Positions 1 through 9,858 of a stretch of 64,000 nt of DNA are shown piece by piece. The first letter of the stretch is position 1, and every line of letters starts with the position of its first letter. Location of the stretch: assembly GCA_964447905.1 (NCBI GenBank), contig CAYUUK010000004.1, forward strand, positions 14,695-78,694, in the 5' to 3' direction. This DNA comes from an uncultured Pseudomonadales bacterium. Its GTDB lineage: Bacteria > Patescibacteriota > Microgenomatia > UBA1400 > UBA1396. The position numbers and the translations under genes were made by a program. The notes under the pieces are model-generated. The model saw only the letters and a program-made list of their open reading frames with translations. It was not told the origin of the DNA and ran no database searches.

Positions 1-807
1 ATGGCCAAAGCAGTTCGAACTCGCCGTGATGCGCGCCATATCAGCTATGTCCACACGCCGCCACGCTCCCTCTATGGGCACAGTACAATGTCTGACTGGA
101 AAAAAAATCCTTTCGTACGGATAGGTGGTGAACTCATCAATTTTTGGATGCGGTATGTCGATTTCCAAACCGCGCAGAATCCAGATGTGTTGGTGGCAAA
201 CAGCACAACCACACAAGAGCGAATAGCCAAATACTATCGGCGAGATGCGGTGGTGGTGTATCCACCGATTGCGTTGGCAAACACCACTCCTCCAGCGGTT
301 TCCGCAGCGGATCGCTCGTATCTGCTGTACGTCAATCGACTGGGGTTTAGTAAACATCCTGAAATTGCGGTCCAAGTGGCCAATGAGCTGTCACTGCCAC
401 TCAAAGTTGTGGGCACTGGAGCTATGGAGTCGCACTTGCGAGAAATTGCTGGTCCAACAGTCGAACTCCTCGGTAGTGTTGATGACGCCACTCTTCAAGA
501 CCTCTACGCGCATGCGCAACTTCTCCTGTACCCAGTGGAGGACGAAGACTTCGGCATGATTCCAATTGAAGCTATGGCTTGCGGAACGCCTGTCGTGGCT
601 CACTATTCAGGTGAACCACGATTTACGGTGGAAAATGGCAAAAATGGTGTCCACGTGCAGAGTTTTGTTCTTTCCGACTGGACTGAGGCCGTTTCTGCGG
701 CACGCCAGCGTCACTGGGACTATAAGAAGATACAAACTGGCACGAAACACTATTCTTCGCAGGCATTTTCACAAGCATTGAGGCAGGTTATTTCTGAAGT
801 AGATTGA
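1..807 (+). CDS. Glycosyltransferase family 4 (GT-B), probably 5'-truncated by the window edge
   Basis: YVHTPPR, ANS...YYRRDAVVVYPP and EDFGMIPIEAMACGTPV (E-x7-E) motifs; N-terminal domain is missing. Confidence 0.9.
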   Translation: MAKAVRTRRDARHISYVHTPPRSLYGHSTMSDWKKNPFVRIGGELINFWMRYVDFQTAQNPDVLVANSTTTQERIAKYYRRDAVVVYPPIALANTTPPAVSAADRSYLLYVNRLGFSKHPEIAVQVANELSLPLKVVGTGAMESHLREIAGPTVELLGSVDDATLQDLYAHAQLLLYPVEDEDFGMIPIEAMACGTPVVAHYSGEPRFTVENGKNGVHVQSFVLSDWTEAVSAARQRHWDYKKIQTGTKHYSSQAFSQALRQVISEVD

Positions 808-876
808 TGTGGGCATCGCGTTCTCTTGACTTTTCTGGTAAATGGGTCAGAATATGGGCTCGCAAGGAAGGAAAGT

Positions 877-1257
877 ATGTCTCAAGAGTATTCACATGAC
901 CCGCTTGGTGTCGGAGATCTTTATAACAACATGATTTCGGTATTTGTTCCAGAATACGCTCGAACTGGAGCAGCTAACGTAGAAGCCAATAGCCCAATTT
1001 CAGTCAGTGTGGGCTCAGAATTTTTTGTTTCTGGCTGGAAGGACAATAGGCCAAATTTTTCGCACATTGTCTATCCAGAGCAAAAGGGCGATCGAATGAG
1101 ACGAGAAGACTACTTAAACCATTTCGGCTGGGTGTATCTTTCTTTAGGGCGAGTAGCGAGTATGGAAGAGATCGCTCAATGGCGAAAAAAACAAGATGTT
1201 CAGATTTTACGAGTAAACAGTACAACTTTTTTGGAGTACTTTGTGAGGGTCCGCTAG
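877..1257 (+). CDS. Hypothetical protein (ORFan-like)
   Basis: ATG 877 follows AAGGAAGG, with a TTGACT..CAGAAT promoter-like pair upstream; converges on the GH39 gene with a 4-nt stop overlap; no motif recognised. Confidence 0.6.
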   Translation: MSQEYSHDPLGVGDLYNNMISVFVPEYARTGAANVEANSPISVSVGSEFFVSGWKDNRPNFSHIVYPEQKGDRMRREDYLNHFGWVYLSLGRVASMEEIAQWRKKQDVQILRVNSTTFLEYFVRVR

Positions 1258-2825
1258 AGGAGTTCTCCAAATCCTGCGTTTGTGTCGCTTGGGGGCTGCT
1301 CAGTTTGAATCGGGGTGGCATTTTCAAAAGTATCGATAACTGGAGGAGTTGCCTCGGTGTTTTGAGGTTCATTTATTTCTGGAGGGTTACTTGTGGTTAC
1401 GCCGGCGCCTTCGCTTTGGGGCAGTAAACGCAAGTACACGACGCTGTTAGCAGCCATGAACAGCTCAGTGCTGAGGACATTGGCGGTTGTCCCGAGTGGC
1501 ACTTGTCTGGTTTGACCACCGATATCGGTTATTTCAAGTGTGTATGATCCAGGTTGGACATTATTAAATGTTAGTGGCACGCTTTCTACATGACTGCCAA
1601 ATGGATCATAGTTGGACACCAGCATCTCTATGGTGTTTTCTCGTCGTGTAGCGAGTGCTTTCACCCAGGTGCCTTTTCCGAGTACTTGGATTTGTTCGCC
1701 TGAGATTCGATTCATCAAGCGGAGAGCTAAGTAGCGCGGTTTAATATTATTGCCAAAATCACGGTGGGTGAGCAGTCCCCAACGACCCCAGCGTTCTTGC
1801 CCTTGGGGATCCTTACCGTCCTCAATTTCGAAGACGAAGGCGCGATCAATAACTCCTACCATTTCAATACTTGTGGCTGCTGTGTGCGCTGCGCCAAATG
1901 AGGTGTCGTAGCCGGGATGGTTTTCGCTATCATGCCCAAACTCGGTAATATGAAACTCTAAGTTCGCCATGGCAGGATAGGTGGTGCGCAGTTGCTCAGC
2001 CTCGGCAAAGTCCTTACGGAATTGTTCCACATTGGTGTTATACCGGTGCCAGGAGAAGAAGTCTAATCGTTGATTGTTGTTTTGCGTGTGTTCCACTAAT
2101 CCGGTAAACCAATTTCGATAAAATGCCGTAATAGCTGGACCGCCGAACTGATATGGTTTGGCGTTCTGTACTTGGGCTCGACCCCGATCTGCGTACGTGT
2201 AGAGTGTCAAGTAATTTTTTTCGCCGTAGGTTTTCCAGCCGCCGAATAGGTCGGGCTCATTCCATACTTCGTATATAACGTCATTGATTCCTCGGTTGAC
2301 TGAGTAATGCTGAATTGTAGCCCGGACAGTGTCTTGCCACTGTTCCCAGCGTTTAGGCTTTCCCGTAATGGTGCCATCCTCTGAAATCGGAATCGGCATG
2401 TATGAAAGAGAAATATATGGTTTGGCACCCGTGGCTAAAATGCCGTCGATGACGACATCCAGTTTGGAGAAGTCGTATGTCAGCTGTTCACCGTTGAGCT
2501 GCACAATGTCATAAAAGGAGTAAATGTGGTCAATACGAATGTACTGCGGATTCAGTGCCGCTACTTTGCCTTGAATGGGAGTGAGGTTCCAGTCGCTCAT
2601 CTCGCCACCTTGGGCAAGGTGTTGCCACGGTTTGCTTACGGGACCATATGAAACTGTTGGGTCAATTTGCAGATTGGCTTCTTCACCACTGGCTCCAGCC
2701 AGGAATTCTCTCACCACACTCAGTTGCGTTGCTCCCACAACTCCCACTATGGCGACAACCAAAACAGGAATTAACTGCAAGAACAATTTTATTTTGGAGC
2801 TTCGGCGACTTCTTCGTGGTGACAT
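1254..2825 (-). CDS. Membrane-anchored glycoside hydrolase family 39 (clan GH-A, beta-xylosidase-like)
   Basis: YIRIDHIY, YEVWNEPD (acid/base), FGGPA, DFFSWHRY and HITEFG (nucleophile); basic N-terminus plus TM helix; start moved to ATG 2825, 7 nt after TATTCT. Confidence 0.85.
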   Translation of the reverse strand: MSPRRSRRSSKIKLFLQLIPVLVVAIVGVVGATQLSVVREFLAGASGEEANLQIDPTVSYGPVSKPWQHLAQGGEMSDWNLTPIQGKVAALNPQYIRIDHIYSFYDIVQLNGEQLTYDFSKLDVVIDGILATGAKPYISLSYMPIPISEDGTITGKPKRWEQWQDTVRATIQHYSVNRGINDVIYEVWNEPDLFGGWKTYGEKNYLTLYTYADRGRAQVQNAKPYQFGGPAITAFYRNWFTGLVEHTQNNNQRLDFFSWHRYNTNVEQFRKDFAEAEQLRTTYPAMANLEFHITEFGHDSENHPGYDTSFGAAHTAATSIEMVGVIDRAFVFEIEDGKDPQGQERWGRWGLLTHRDFGNNIKPRYLALRLMNRISGEQIQVLGKGTWVKALATRRENTIEMLVSNYDPFGSHVESVPLTFNNVQPGSYTLEITDIGGQTRQVPLGTTANVLSTELFMAANSVVYLRLLPQSEGAGVTTSNPPEINEPQNTEATPPVIDTFENATPIQTEQPPSDTNAGFGELL

Positions 2826-2933
2826 TTGCTCTAGAATACCCGGAAAGGAAGCTGGTGTGCAAGGGGTCAAACCCCGCGGCCTATAACTGGAGGATCTGAC
2901 CCTGTTTTTATAGGCCAATGGGAGGTGTCTGTA

Positions 2934-2989
2934 TTAGCAGTTGCAAATGCTGGTTGCCAAAAATAGCAGTGTTGCTAAAATAGTGCTAA
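2934..2989 (+). promoter_or_regulatory. Two tandem degenerate CIRCE elements (HrcA operators)
   Basis: TTAGCAGTT-N9-GGTTGCCAA (2934-2960) and ATAGCAGTG-N9-TAGTGCTAA (2963-2989) versus consensus TTAGCACTC-N9-GAGTGCTAA, directly upstream of hrcA. Confidence 0.8.
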
Positions 2990-3021
2990 TACCGTACAGT
3001 ACACAGTACAGCGAAGTATTT

Positions 3022-3747
3022 ATGGTTGATTTAACAGGACGACAAATTCAAATCTTACGTGCCGTAGTTGAGAAGTACATGGAAACGGCCGAACCGGTGG
3101 GTTCGGAAACCATTGATAAGAAATTTAATTTTGGTATATCCCCCGCCACGATTCGGAATGAAATGGTGTATTTGGCAAAGCACGGGTATTTGCGGAAACC
3201 GCATTCATCTGCCGGGCGTATCCCAACCTCTATGGCCATCAAGTTTTACGTGCGGGAGTTGATGCGCGAAAAAGACCTGAGTGTTGCCGATGAAGTCTCG
3301 GTGAAAGAACGCATGTGGCAAAATCGCGATCAAGTAGATGATCTATTTACAGAGGCTGCTCGGGTCATTGCGGAGCGGGCAAACTGTATTGGTTTTATTA
3401 TGTCGTACGATACCGAACATGCGTATCATTCCGGGTACGCCCACGTGTTAGCGTTTCCAGAATTTGAGAACATTGATGTTGCACGGACTGTTTTGTCGCT
3501 GATTGAAGAAGAGCGCGCCATGAAAGAAATTTTTGATTTCGCTCGTGGTGATGAACCAGTACACATTATTCTCGGTGAAGATTTGGGGAATCAATATTTG
3601 GAACCGGTGGGCTTTGTCTTTACGGATATCGCGGTCGGGCCAGGACAATACCATATGAGTGTCATCGGGCCAACCCGGGTTGACTATTCATACGTTATCC
3701 CTATGATGAAGTACTTCCGTGAACTGCTTCACGAAATGATGGGATAA
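3022..3747 (+). CDS. hrcA: Heat-inducible transcription repressor HrcA (short form)
   Basis: LTGRQIQILRAVVEKY..AEPVGS, SPATIRNEM, PHSSAGRIPT and VIGPTRVDY; first gene of the dnaK operon. Confidence 0.95.
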   Translation: MVDLTGRQIQILRAVVEKYMETAEPVGSETIDKKFNFGISPATIRNEMVYLAKHGYLRKPHSSAGRIPTSMAIKFYVRELMREKDLSVADEVSVKERMWQNRDQVDDLFTEAARVIAERANCIGFIMSYDTEHAYHSGYAHVLAFPEFENIDVARTVLSLIEEERAMKEIFDFARGDEPVHIILGEDLGNQYLEPVGFVFTDIAVGPGQYHMSVIGPTRVDYSYVIPMMKYFRELLHEMMG

Positions 3748-3787
3748 CCCTTCAGAGAAACTCGATTGAATAGTAAGGAGGAATGGA

Positions 3788-4267
3788 ATGATGTCGCCTA
3801 AAAAGCAATCAGACCAACAACAACCAGCTACGCACGGTGTTACTGCCGATGTAGTGGCTCAGTTGCAGCAGCAAGTTATCGAAAAGGAAGAGGCGCACAA
3901 ACGTGCTCTGGCCGACTATCACAATCTTATGCGTCGCACTGCTGAAGAGAAGAAAGCGCTCGTTGCCTCGGCCAATCAAAATATTGTCAGCGATATGCTG
4001 CCAACGCTCGATCATCTCGAAATGGCGGTTCAACACTATCCAGATGGCTCGCTGCAAATGATTGTCAATGACTTAAAAAAGACACTGGAACAGTACGGTT
4101 TACAGCGCATGGAGACAGTGGGAAAACCATTTGATCCAGCCACTATGGAGGCCGTGGATACGGTTCAGTCGGAAGACAAAGCTGGAGTGGTGGTGCGCGA
4201 GCAGCGAGCTGGGTATCGTCTCAACGATTTGGTACTTCGCCACGCTGAAGTGGTCGTTAACCAATAA
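3788..4267 (+). CDS. grpE: Nucleotide exchange factor GrpE
   Basis: RALADYHNLMRR, LPTLDHLE, FDPATMEAV and GYRLNDLVLRHAEVVV; SD AAGGAGG. Confidence 0.95.
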   Translation: MMSPKKQSDQQQPATHGVTADVVAQLQQQVIEKEEAHKRALADYHNLMRRTAEEKKALVASANQNIVSDMLPTLDHLEMAVQHYPDGSLQMIVNDLKKTLEQYGLQRMETVGKPFDPATMEAVDTVQSEDKAGVVVREQRAGYRLNDLVLRHAEVVVNQ

Positions 4268-4317
4268 AAAAACTACGCAAATAAAAAAGAAAAAACTAAT
4301 ACACATAAGGAGGAAAC

Positions 4318-6219
4318 ATGGGAAAGATTATCGGAATCGACCTCGGAACAACGAACTCGGCTATTGCCGTCATGCAAGGTGGAAAGGCCACGATTGTGCC
4401 GACCGCCGAAGGTCGCAATACTTTTCCGTCTATAGTGGAACCAGAAAAAGGCTTAGTGGGTGATGCCGCCAAGCGCCAGATGATTCTGAATCCAAAGAAG
4501 ACGATTCAATCGGTGAAGCGCTTGATGGGTCGCCGTTTTGACGACGCCGAAGTGAAGAAGACCGAAGAGCACGTCGCTTTCGATATCACCAAAGGCAAAG
4601 ACGATATGGCCATGGTCAAGGCCGACAAGGAGTACACGCCGCAAGAGATATCAGCCAAGATTTTGCAGAAAGCCAAAGCCGATGCCGAAGCGTTCTTGGG
4701 TGAAACCGTGGACCGCGCCGTGATTACGGTGCCGGCCTACTTTGATGACTCCCAACGCCAAGCCACCAAACAAGCCGGTGAAATTGCTGGCTTGAAAGTA
4801 GAGCGCATCGTAAACGAGCCAACGGCCGCTTCTTTGGCCTACGGTCTCGACAAAAAATCCAACGAACTCATTGCGGTCTATGACCTCGGTGGTGGTACGT
4901 TTGATATCTCCATTTTGGAAATTGGCGACGGTGTCTTTGAGGTGAAGTCCACCAACGGTGATACCTTCCTCGGTGGTAACGACTTTGACGGTCGCATCAT
5001 TGACTGGGTAGTCGACGAGTTCAAAAAAGAAAACGGCGTGGACTTGTCCAAAGACAAGCAAGCCCTGCAGCGTATTCGTGACGCGGCCGAAAAAGCCAAG
5101 ATCGAGCTCTCAGCTGCGCAGGAAACCGAGATTAACCAGCCCTTCATTACTCAAGGCGAAGAGGGTCCGCTCCACTTAACCATGAAGCTCACTCGCGCCA
5201 AGCTCGAAGAACTCGTGGGCGATTTGATTGAGAAGTCATTTGGTCCGGTAAAGCAGGCTTTGAAAGATGCCGGCGTTTCTGCTTCCGATGTGAACGAAGT
5301 CGTTCTGGTCGGTGGTATGACCCGTATGCCGAAGATTCAAGAAGAAGTCGAGAAGTTCTTTGGCAAGAAACCAAACAAGAGTGTGAACCCGGACGAAGTG
5401 GTGGCTCTCGGTGCTGCGATTCAAGCCGGTGTTATCGGTGGTGAAGTTGACGACATTGTGCTGCTCGATGTGACTCCATTGACGCTTGGTTTGGAAACGC
5501 TCGGTGGTGTGCGTACACCACTGATCCAGCGCAATACTACGGTGCCAACCAGCAAGTCACAAGTCTTTTCGACCGCCGCTGACAACCAAACCCAAGTGGA
5601 AATCCACGTTTTGCAGGGTGAGCGCGAAATGGCTGCCGATAACAAGTCTTTAGGTCGCTTCATTTTGGATGGTATTCCCCCAGCGCCACGCGGTGTGCCT
5701 CAGGTAGAGGTCACTTTTGACATTGACTCGAACGGTATCTTGCACGTCTCGGCCAAAGACAAGAACTCGGGCAAAGAGCAGAAGATTACCATTCAGAACG
5801 CCACCAACTTGTCCGAGGACGAAGTCGAAAAAATGAAGCAAGACGCCGAAGCGCACGCCGAAGAGGACAAGCGCAAGCGCGAGCTGGTAGAAGCTCGAAA
5901 TCAGGCGCAGTCGGTAGCCAGTCAAATCAAGAAGCAGCTGGAAGACTACGGCGACAAGCTCGAAGAGGACGACAAAAAGAAGATCTCCGAGCAAATCGAA
6001 AAACTCGAGCAACTTTCTCAAGACGAAAGTGCCGATAAAGAAACACTCGACAAAGCCGTCTCGGAAACCTTCGAAGCCGCGCAAAAGATTGGCGAAGTCA
6101 TGCAGCAAGCTGGAGCCACTCCAGATGGTGCGGAGGCCAACGAAGCCAAGAGCGCCAAGAAGGAAAAAGACGCCAAAGCCGACGCCGAAGAAGGCGAAGT
6201 GGTTGAGGACGAAGAGTAA
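4318..6219 (+). CDS. dnaK: Chaperone DnaK (Hsp70)
   Basis: [26 protein letters not shown] and [11 protein letters not shown]; SD AAGGAGG. Confidence 0.99.
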   Translation: MGKIIGIDLGTTNSAIAVMQGGKATIVPTAEGRNTFPSIVEPEKGLVGDAAKRQMILNPKKTIQSVKRLMGRRFDDAEVKKTEEHVAFDITKGKDDMAMVKADKEYTPQEISAKILQKAKADAEAFLGETVDRAVITVPAYFDDSQRQATKQAGEIAGLKVERIVNEPTAASLAYGLDKKSNELIAVYDLGGGTFDISILEIGDGVFEVKSTNGDTFLGGNDFDGRIIDWVVDEFKKENGVDLSKDKQALQRIRDAAEKAKIELSAAQETEINQPFITQGEEGPLHLTMKLTRAKLEELVGDLIEKSFGPVKQALKDAGVSASDVNEVVLVGGMTRMPKIQEEVEKFFGKKPNKSVNPDEVVALGAAIQAGVIGGEVDDIVLLDVTPLTLGLETLGGVRTPLIQRNTTVPTSKSQVFSTAADNQTQVEIHVLQGEREMAADNKSLGRFILDGIPPAPRGVPQVEVTFDIDSNGILHVSAKDKNSGKEQKITIQNATNLSEDEVEKMKQDAEAHAEEDKRKRELVEARNQAQSVASQIKKQLEDYGDKLEEDDKKKISEQIEKLEQLSQDESADKETLDKAVSETFEAAQKIGEVMQQAGATPDGAEANEAKSAKKEKDAKADAEEGEVVEDEE

Positions 6220-6245
6220 GGCAAAGAGTAGACAGACTAGAAGGA

Positions 6246-6294
6246 AAAAGGATTCACCTTCTCGGACTCCCCGTCCGGGAAGGAAAATCCTTTT
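6246..6294 (+). terminator. Stem-loop between dnaK and dnaJ (attenuating terminator or stability hairpin)
   Basis: AAAAGGATT..CTTCTCGGAC-TCCCC-GTCCGGGAAGG..AATCCTTTT inverted repeat. Confidence 0.6.
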
Positions 6295-6305
6295 AGATAC
6301 ATATC

Positions 6306-7169
6306 ATGGCAACCAAACGCGACTACTACGAAATCCTCGGTGTGGAAAAAACGGTCACGCCGGATGAACTGAAAAAGGCCTATCGCCAGATGGCCATGAA
6401 GTTTCATCCCGATCGCAACAAAGAAGAAGGCGCCGAAGAAAAGTTCAAAGAAATTAACGAAGCCTACGAAGTGATCAGCGATGAGCAGAAACGCAAAACT
6501 TATGACCAGTTTGGTCATGCTGCTTTTGAAGGTGCGGCCGGCATGGGTGGCAACCCGTTTGGCGGTGGTTTCCGCCAGGGCGGGCCATTTACTTACACCT
6601 ACTCCACCAGCGGAGGAAATCCGTTTGAAGGGTACGATGACTTTTCTGATCCGTTTGATATTTTTGAGCAGTTTTTTGGTGGTGGATTTGCCGGTGGACA
6701 AGCTCGTCAGCGCAAACCACGCTACACGCTTCGTGTTGATTTCATGGACGCCGTAAAAGGTGCCGAAAAAAAAGTGACTATCGACGGCAAGGAACACACC
6801 ATCAAAATTCCAGCGGGGGCTGACGACGGCACTCGCATTCGCTACGAAGAATTCGATATTACGCTTGATGTATTGCCTCATAAGAAGTTCCGACGAGACG
6901 GATACGATATCTTTATTGATCAGGAAATTGACTTTACCACTGCCGCTCTCGGAGGGCAGACAGAGGTTGAGACGCTTGATGACATGCTGAAGCTCAAGGT
7001 GCGTGCAGGTACGCAGTCGCACACGCTCATTCGTTTGCAGGGTGAAGGCGTGCAGCATGTGCGAGGTGGCGGAAAAGGTGATATGTATGTTCGTTTAGTG
7101 GTCACTATTCCGAAAAAGCTTTCTCGCAAGCAGAAGAAACTGCTTGAACAGTTCCGTGAGAGCGCGTAA
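6306..7169 (+). CDS. dnaJ: DnaJ co-chaperone, class B (no zinc finger)
   Basis: RDYYEILGV, HPD motif, G/F-rich linker and C-terminal domain; no CxxCxGxG repeats. Confidence 0.92.
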   Translation: MATKRDYYEILGVEKTVTPDELKKAYRQMAMKFHPDRNKEEGAEEKFKEINEAYEVISDEQKRKTYDQFGHAAFEGAAGMGGNPFGGGFRQGGPFTYTYSTSGGNPFEGYDDFSDPFDIFEQFFGGGFAGGQARQRKPRYTLRVDFMDAVKGAEKKVTIDGKEHTIKIPAGADDGTRIRYEEFDITLDVLPHKKFRRDGYDIFIDQEIDFTTAALGGQTEVETLDDMLKLKVRAGTQSHTLIRLQGEGVQHVRGGGKGDMYVRLVVTIPKKLSRKQKKLLEQFRESA

Positions 7170-7178
7170 ACTGAAAGC

Positions 7179-8366
7179 ATGTACAGGGCTCGCTTTTTCT
7201 TTCAATCTCTTTTTAGTATTTCTGTGTTGGGGGTGCTACTTTTAGCACCGGTGGCAGCAGTGCACGCACAAAGCGAGTTGCCAAACACTGCAGTTTCTAC
7301 ACAGGTGGAGAATACCGAACCTGATGGCGAGCTTGCTGATGACACCCAAAGTGTATTACCTCTCGAAGACACCAGCATGGTTGAGCGTGCGCCACAGTTT
7401 TATGCTGACTCAACTCTCGAGCTCGCCGATGTCTACTACGGTCCAGTTTTTGCTGCTGGTGGACAGGTGAACTTTTCTGGTGAAGCCTATGAAGATGTGG
7501 TGGTTGCTGGTGGAAGCGTGCGTATTGATGGGCGTGTTCACCAAGATATCTATGCGGCAGGTGGAACTGTCACGATTCTTGGTCAAGTTGACGGAAATAT
7601 CATTTTAGCTGGTGGAGAGGTAGTGTTTACCGAGACTTCGCAGGTGAATGGTTCTGTGATCTCCGCTGGTGAAAAACTGGGATTGTCCGGCAGCGTTCTC
7701 AATATGGCCTACTTGGGTGGAAGCTCAGTTTCCTTGGCCGGTCAGATTCAAGGGGATGTGAATGTTGGTGCTGAAACCGTTGTGCTCACGGAAACTGCTT
7801 TTGTTGGCGGAACGGTAGTTGGTGTGGCTGGAGAACCAGTAAACGCTGCTGAGGGCAGCGACGTAACTGGTGGAGTAGATGTCATGATCGAAGATCGCAC
7901 CAAGAAAGATGAGGCAGCCTCGGTTGGTGCCTGGGTATTCAAAACACTCTCGAATCTTGTGAGTTATTCCTTGATTGCCTTGATTACCATTCTCGTTTTT
8001 TCGAAAGCATTTGCCGCAATGGCATCTCGGTTTGCTGAGACTCGAGCAACCAGTATTGGAGTGGGTGCACTCACCTTTGCCTCTCTCATGTTTGGGTCAC
8101 TCCTTATTTTCTTCACGATTCTTGGCTGGAAAGCCGGCTTGATGGGCTTCCTCGCCTTGATGGGACTCTTTTCTTTCGGTTGGCTCGTGCCTGCCTATGA
8201 AATGGGTGTTCGTCTCGGAGCGAAGCAGGGTGTTTGGGTACAAGCCCTTGTTGGCGGTGCTCTGACCGCTCTGATTGCCAGCGTACCGTTCTTCGGCGGC
8301 CTTCTCATGATTGGGTTGAGTACCTACGGTGTGGGTGTGGCCATTCGCGCTTTGCGCAATGACTAG
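7179..8366 (+). CDS. Membrane protein with signal peptide, bactofilin/polymer-forming beta-helix-like repeats and C-terminal TM helices
   Basis: Repeated (A)GGxVxIxGxVxGD motifs followed by about 5 hydrophobic helices. Confidence 0.7.
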   Translation: MYRARFFFQSLFSISVLGVLLLAPVAAVHAQSELPNTAVSTQVENTEPDGELADDTQSVLPLEDTSMVERAPQFYADSTLELADVYYGPVFAAGGQVNFSGEAYEDVVVAGGSVRIDGRVHQDIYAAGGTVTILGQVDGNIILAGGEVVFTETSQVNGSVISAGEKLGLSGSVLNMAYLGGSSVSLAGQIQGDVNVGAETVVLTETAFVGGTVVGVAGEPVNAAEGSDVTGGVDVMIEDRTKKDEAASVGAWVFKTLSNLVSYSLIALITILVFSKAFAAMASRFAETRATSIGVGALTFASLMFGSLLIFFTILGWKAGLMGFLALMGLFSFGWLVPAYEMGVRLGAKQGVWVQALVGGALTALIASVPFFGGLLMIGLSTYGVGVAIRALRND

Positions 8367-8428
8367 GGAAGTCTCACGGCACGTGTAAAAAGGAAGAAGA
8401 ATCCTCACCTACACACTTTTTCCCTGAC

Positions 8429-8437
8429 TGGTATAAT
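8429..8437 (+). promoter_or_regulatory. Extended -10 promoter of the nusA-infB operon
   Basis: TG-G-TATAAT upstream of the leader hairpin. Confidence 0.7.
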
Positions 8438-8455
8438 ACAATTTGCCTCAGTTAC

Positions 8456-8483
8456 GAAGAGGTGGGCATGCCCACCTTTTTTT
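8456..8483 (+). promoter_or_regulatory. rimP-leader-like terminator hairpin
   Basis: AAGAGGTGGGCATGCCCACC-T7 in the nusA 5' leader; resembles the GAGUGGG..CCCACUC(U)n rimP leader. Confidence 0.7.
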
Positions 8484-8562
8484 ATACTTGGCACTTCGGT
8501 GGGAGCTGTGTGTTTCCCAGACGAAATAAGAACAATACGAAAAAAGAGGAAAAAGGAAACAT

Positions 8563-9795
8563 ATGACCAGCAACATGATTCGCAGTGGTTTCATGGCTCT
8601 TCTTGAGCAAGTTGCCAAGGAGCGCAATATTAGTGTTGATAAAGTGGTAGAGTCTATTGAAGCCGCTATTGAGGCTGCTTTACGTAAGGACCGTCCTGAT
8701 TTGTTTGCCGAGGAAGATGATGAAGAAAGCAACATTCGTTTTGAGGTGCAACTGGATCGCAATGAGGGTTCTGCTCGCATCTTCCGCATTGAAGACGAGG
8801 GTGAACCAGTTGATGTAACGCCGGCTGGATTCGGACGTATTGCTTCTCAAACCGCCAAGAATGTTATTTTCCAAAAAGTGCGTGAGGCCGAGCGCGATGC
8901 GCTGATTGACGATTTTTCTGAACGTGTGGGTACTCTGGTACAAGGTACCGTTATTCGCTACGACGGTCGTAATGCCATAGTTGATCTCGGTCGAGGTCAA
9001 GGTATTATGCCGCCAGAAGAGCAGATGCACGGCGAGTTTTATCGCCCGAATTTGCGTATCACTGTTTTAGTGAAGTCTATTGAAGAAAGCGAGCGCGGTC
9101 GTCAAATTATTGTTTCTCGTGCGGACGAAAACTTGGTTATTAAGCTCTTTGAACGTGAAGTTCCAGAGATGTCTGCTGGTGCAGTAGAGATCAAGGGTAT
9201 TGCTCGTGAGGCTGGAATTCGCACCAAATTGGCTGTTTTCTCTGATCGACCAGGTGTTGATCCAGTAGGATCCTGTGTGGGTCAGCGCGGCGTGCGTGTA
9301 CAAGAAGTCATTCGCGAAGTAAATAACGAAAAAATCGATATTATTCAGTTCTCTGACGATCAACGTCAATACTTGGCGGCGGCACTTGCTCCAGCCGAGT
9401 CATTAGCAATTGATGTTGATGCCAAAAATATGACAGCTGTTGTCACCGCTCCAGATGACCAACTTTCGTTGGCGATCGGTCGAGGTGGACAAAATGTTCG
9501 CTTGGCTGCCAAGTTAACTGATTACAATATCACTATTCACTCCGCGGCTGGTGAAAAACAGGCCAGTGCTACCGGTGATGAAGAATACGAAATTGATCAA
9601 ATTGTTGGTATTACTCCAGAAACCCGTGAGTACATGATTGAAAATCGTGTCACGACTCTGGAAGATCTCCAGCACAAATGGGAAACATTTAGCGCAAACG
9701 AGCGTTTGTCTGATGACCAACGCGATTTACTCGATGCTGCCCGACAAGCATTTGTTGAGCAAATGCAAGCGGAAGAAGACTCTCGTCTCGAGTAA
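8563..9795 (+). CDS. nusA: Transcription termination/antitermination factor NusA
   Basis: FGRIASQTAKNVIFQKVREAER, S1 domain, AREAGIRTKLAV, DPVGSCVGQRGVRV and LSLAIGRGGQNVRLAAKLT. Confidence 0.97.
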   Translation: MTSNMIRSGFMALLEQVAKERNISVDKVVESIEAAIEAALRKDRPDLFAEEDDEESNIRFEVQLDRNEGSARIFRIEDEGEPVDVTPAGFGRIASQTAKNVIFQKVREAERDALIDDFSERVGTLVQGTVIRYDGRNAIVDLGRGQGIMPPEEQMHGEFYRPNLRITVLVKSIEESERGRQIIVSRADENLVIKLFEREVPEMSAGAVEIKGIAREAGIRTKLAVFSDRPGVDPVGSCVGQRGVRVQEVIREVNNEKIDIIQFSDDQRQYLAAALAPAESLAIDVDAKNMTAVVTAPDDQLSLAIGRGGQNVRLAAKLTDYNITIHSAAGEKQASATGDEEYEIDQIVGITPETREYMIENRVTTLEDLQHKWETFSANERLSDDQRDLLDAARQAFVEQMQAEEDSRLE

Positions 9796-9858
9796 TTCTG
9801 ATCCGCGAGTTGAGCCAGTTCGGTTGCTCCGATTCTGGTAGGCTCAGTACAAACAAGC

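Noticed and set aside
2826-3021. Longer N-termini given by the ORF track for GH39 and hrcA (also 14287, 28192, 43626, 45581, 50051, 58813, 63281)
   Set aside because: The extensions run through promoters, operators or neighbouring genes; downstream ATGs match family N-termini
4500-4640. DnaK carries the insert typical of diderm-type Hsp70
   Set aside because: A known lineage signature rather than a novel feature
6237-7058. 273-aa ORF antisense to dnaJ (and similar ORFs antisense to dnaK, pnp and the DEAD-box gene)
   Set aside because: Expected by-product of codon bias on the sense strand
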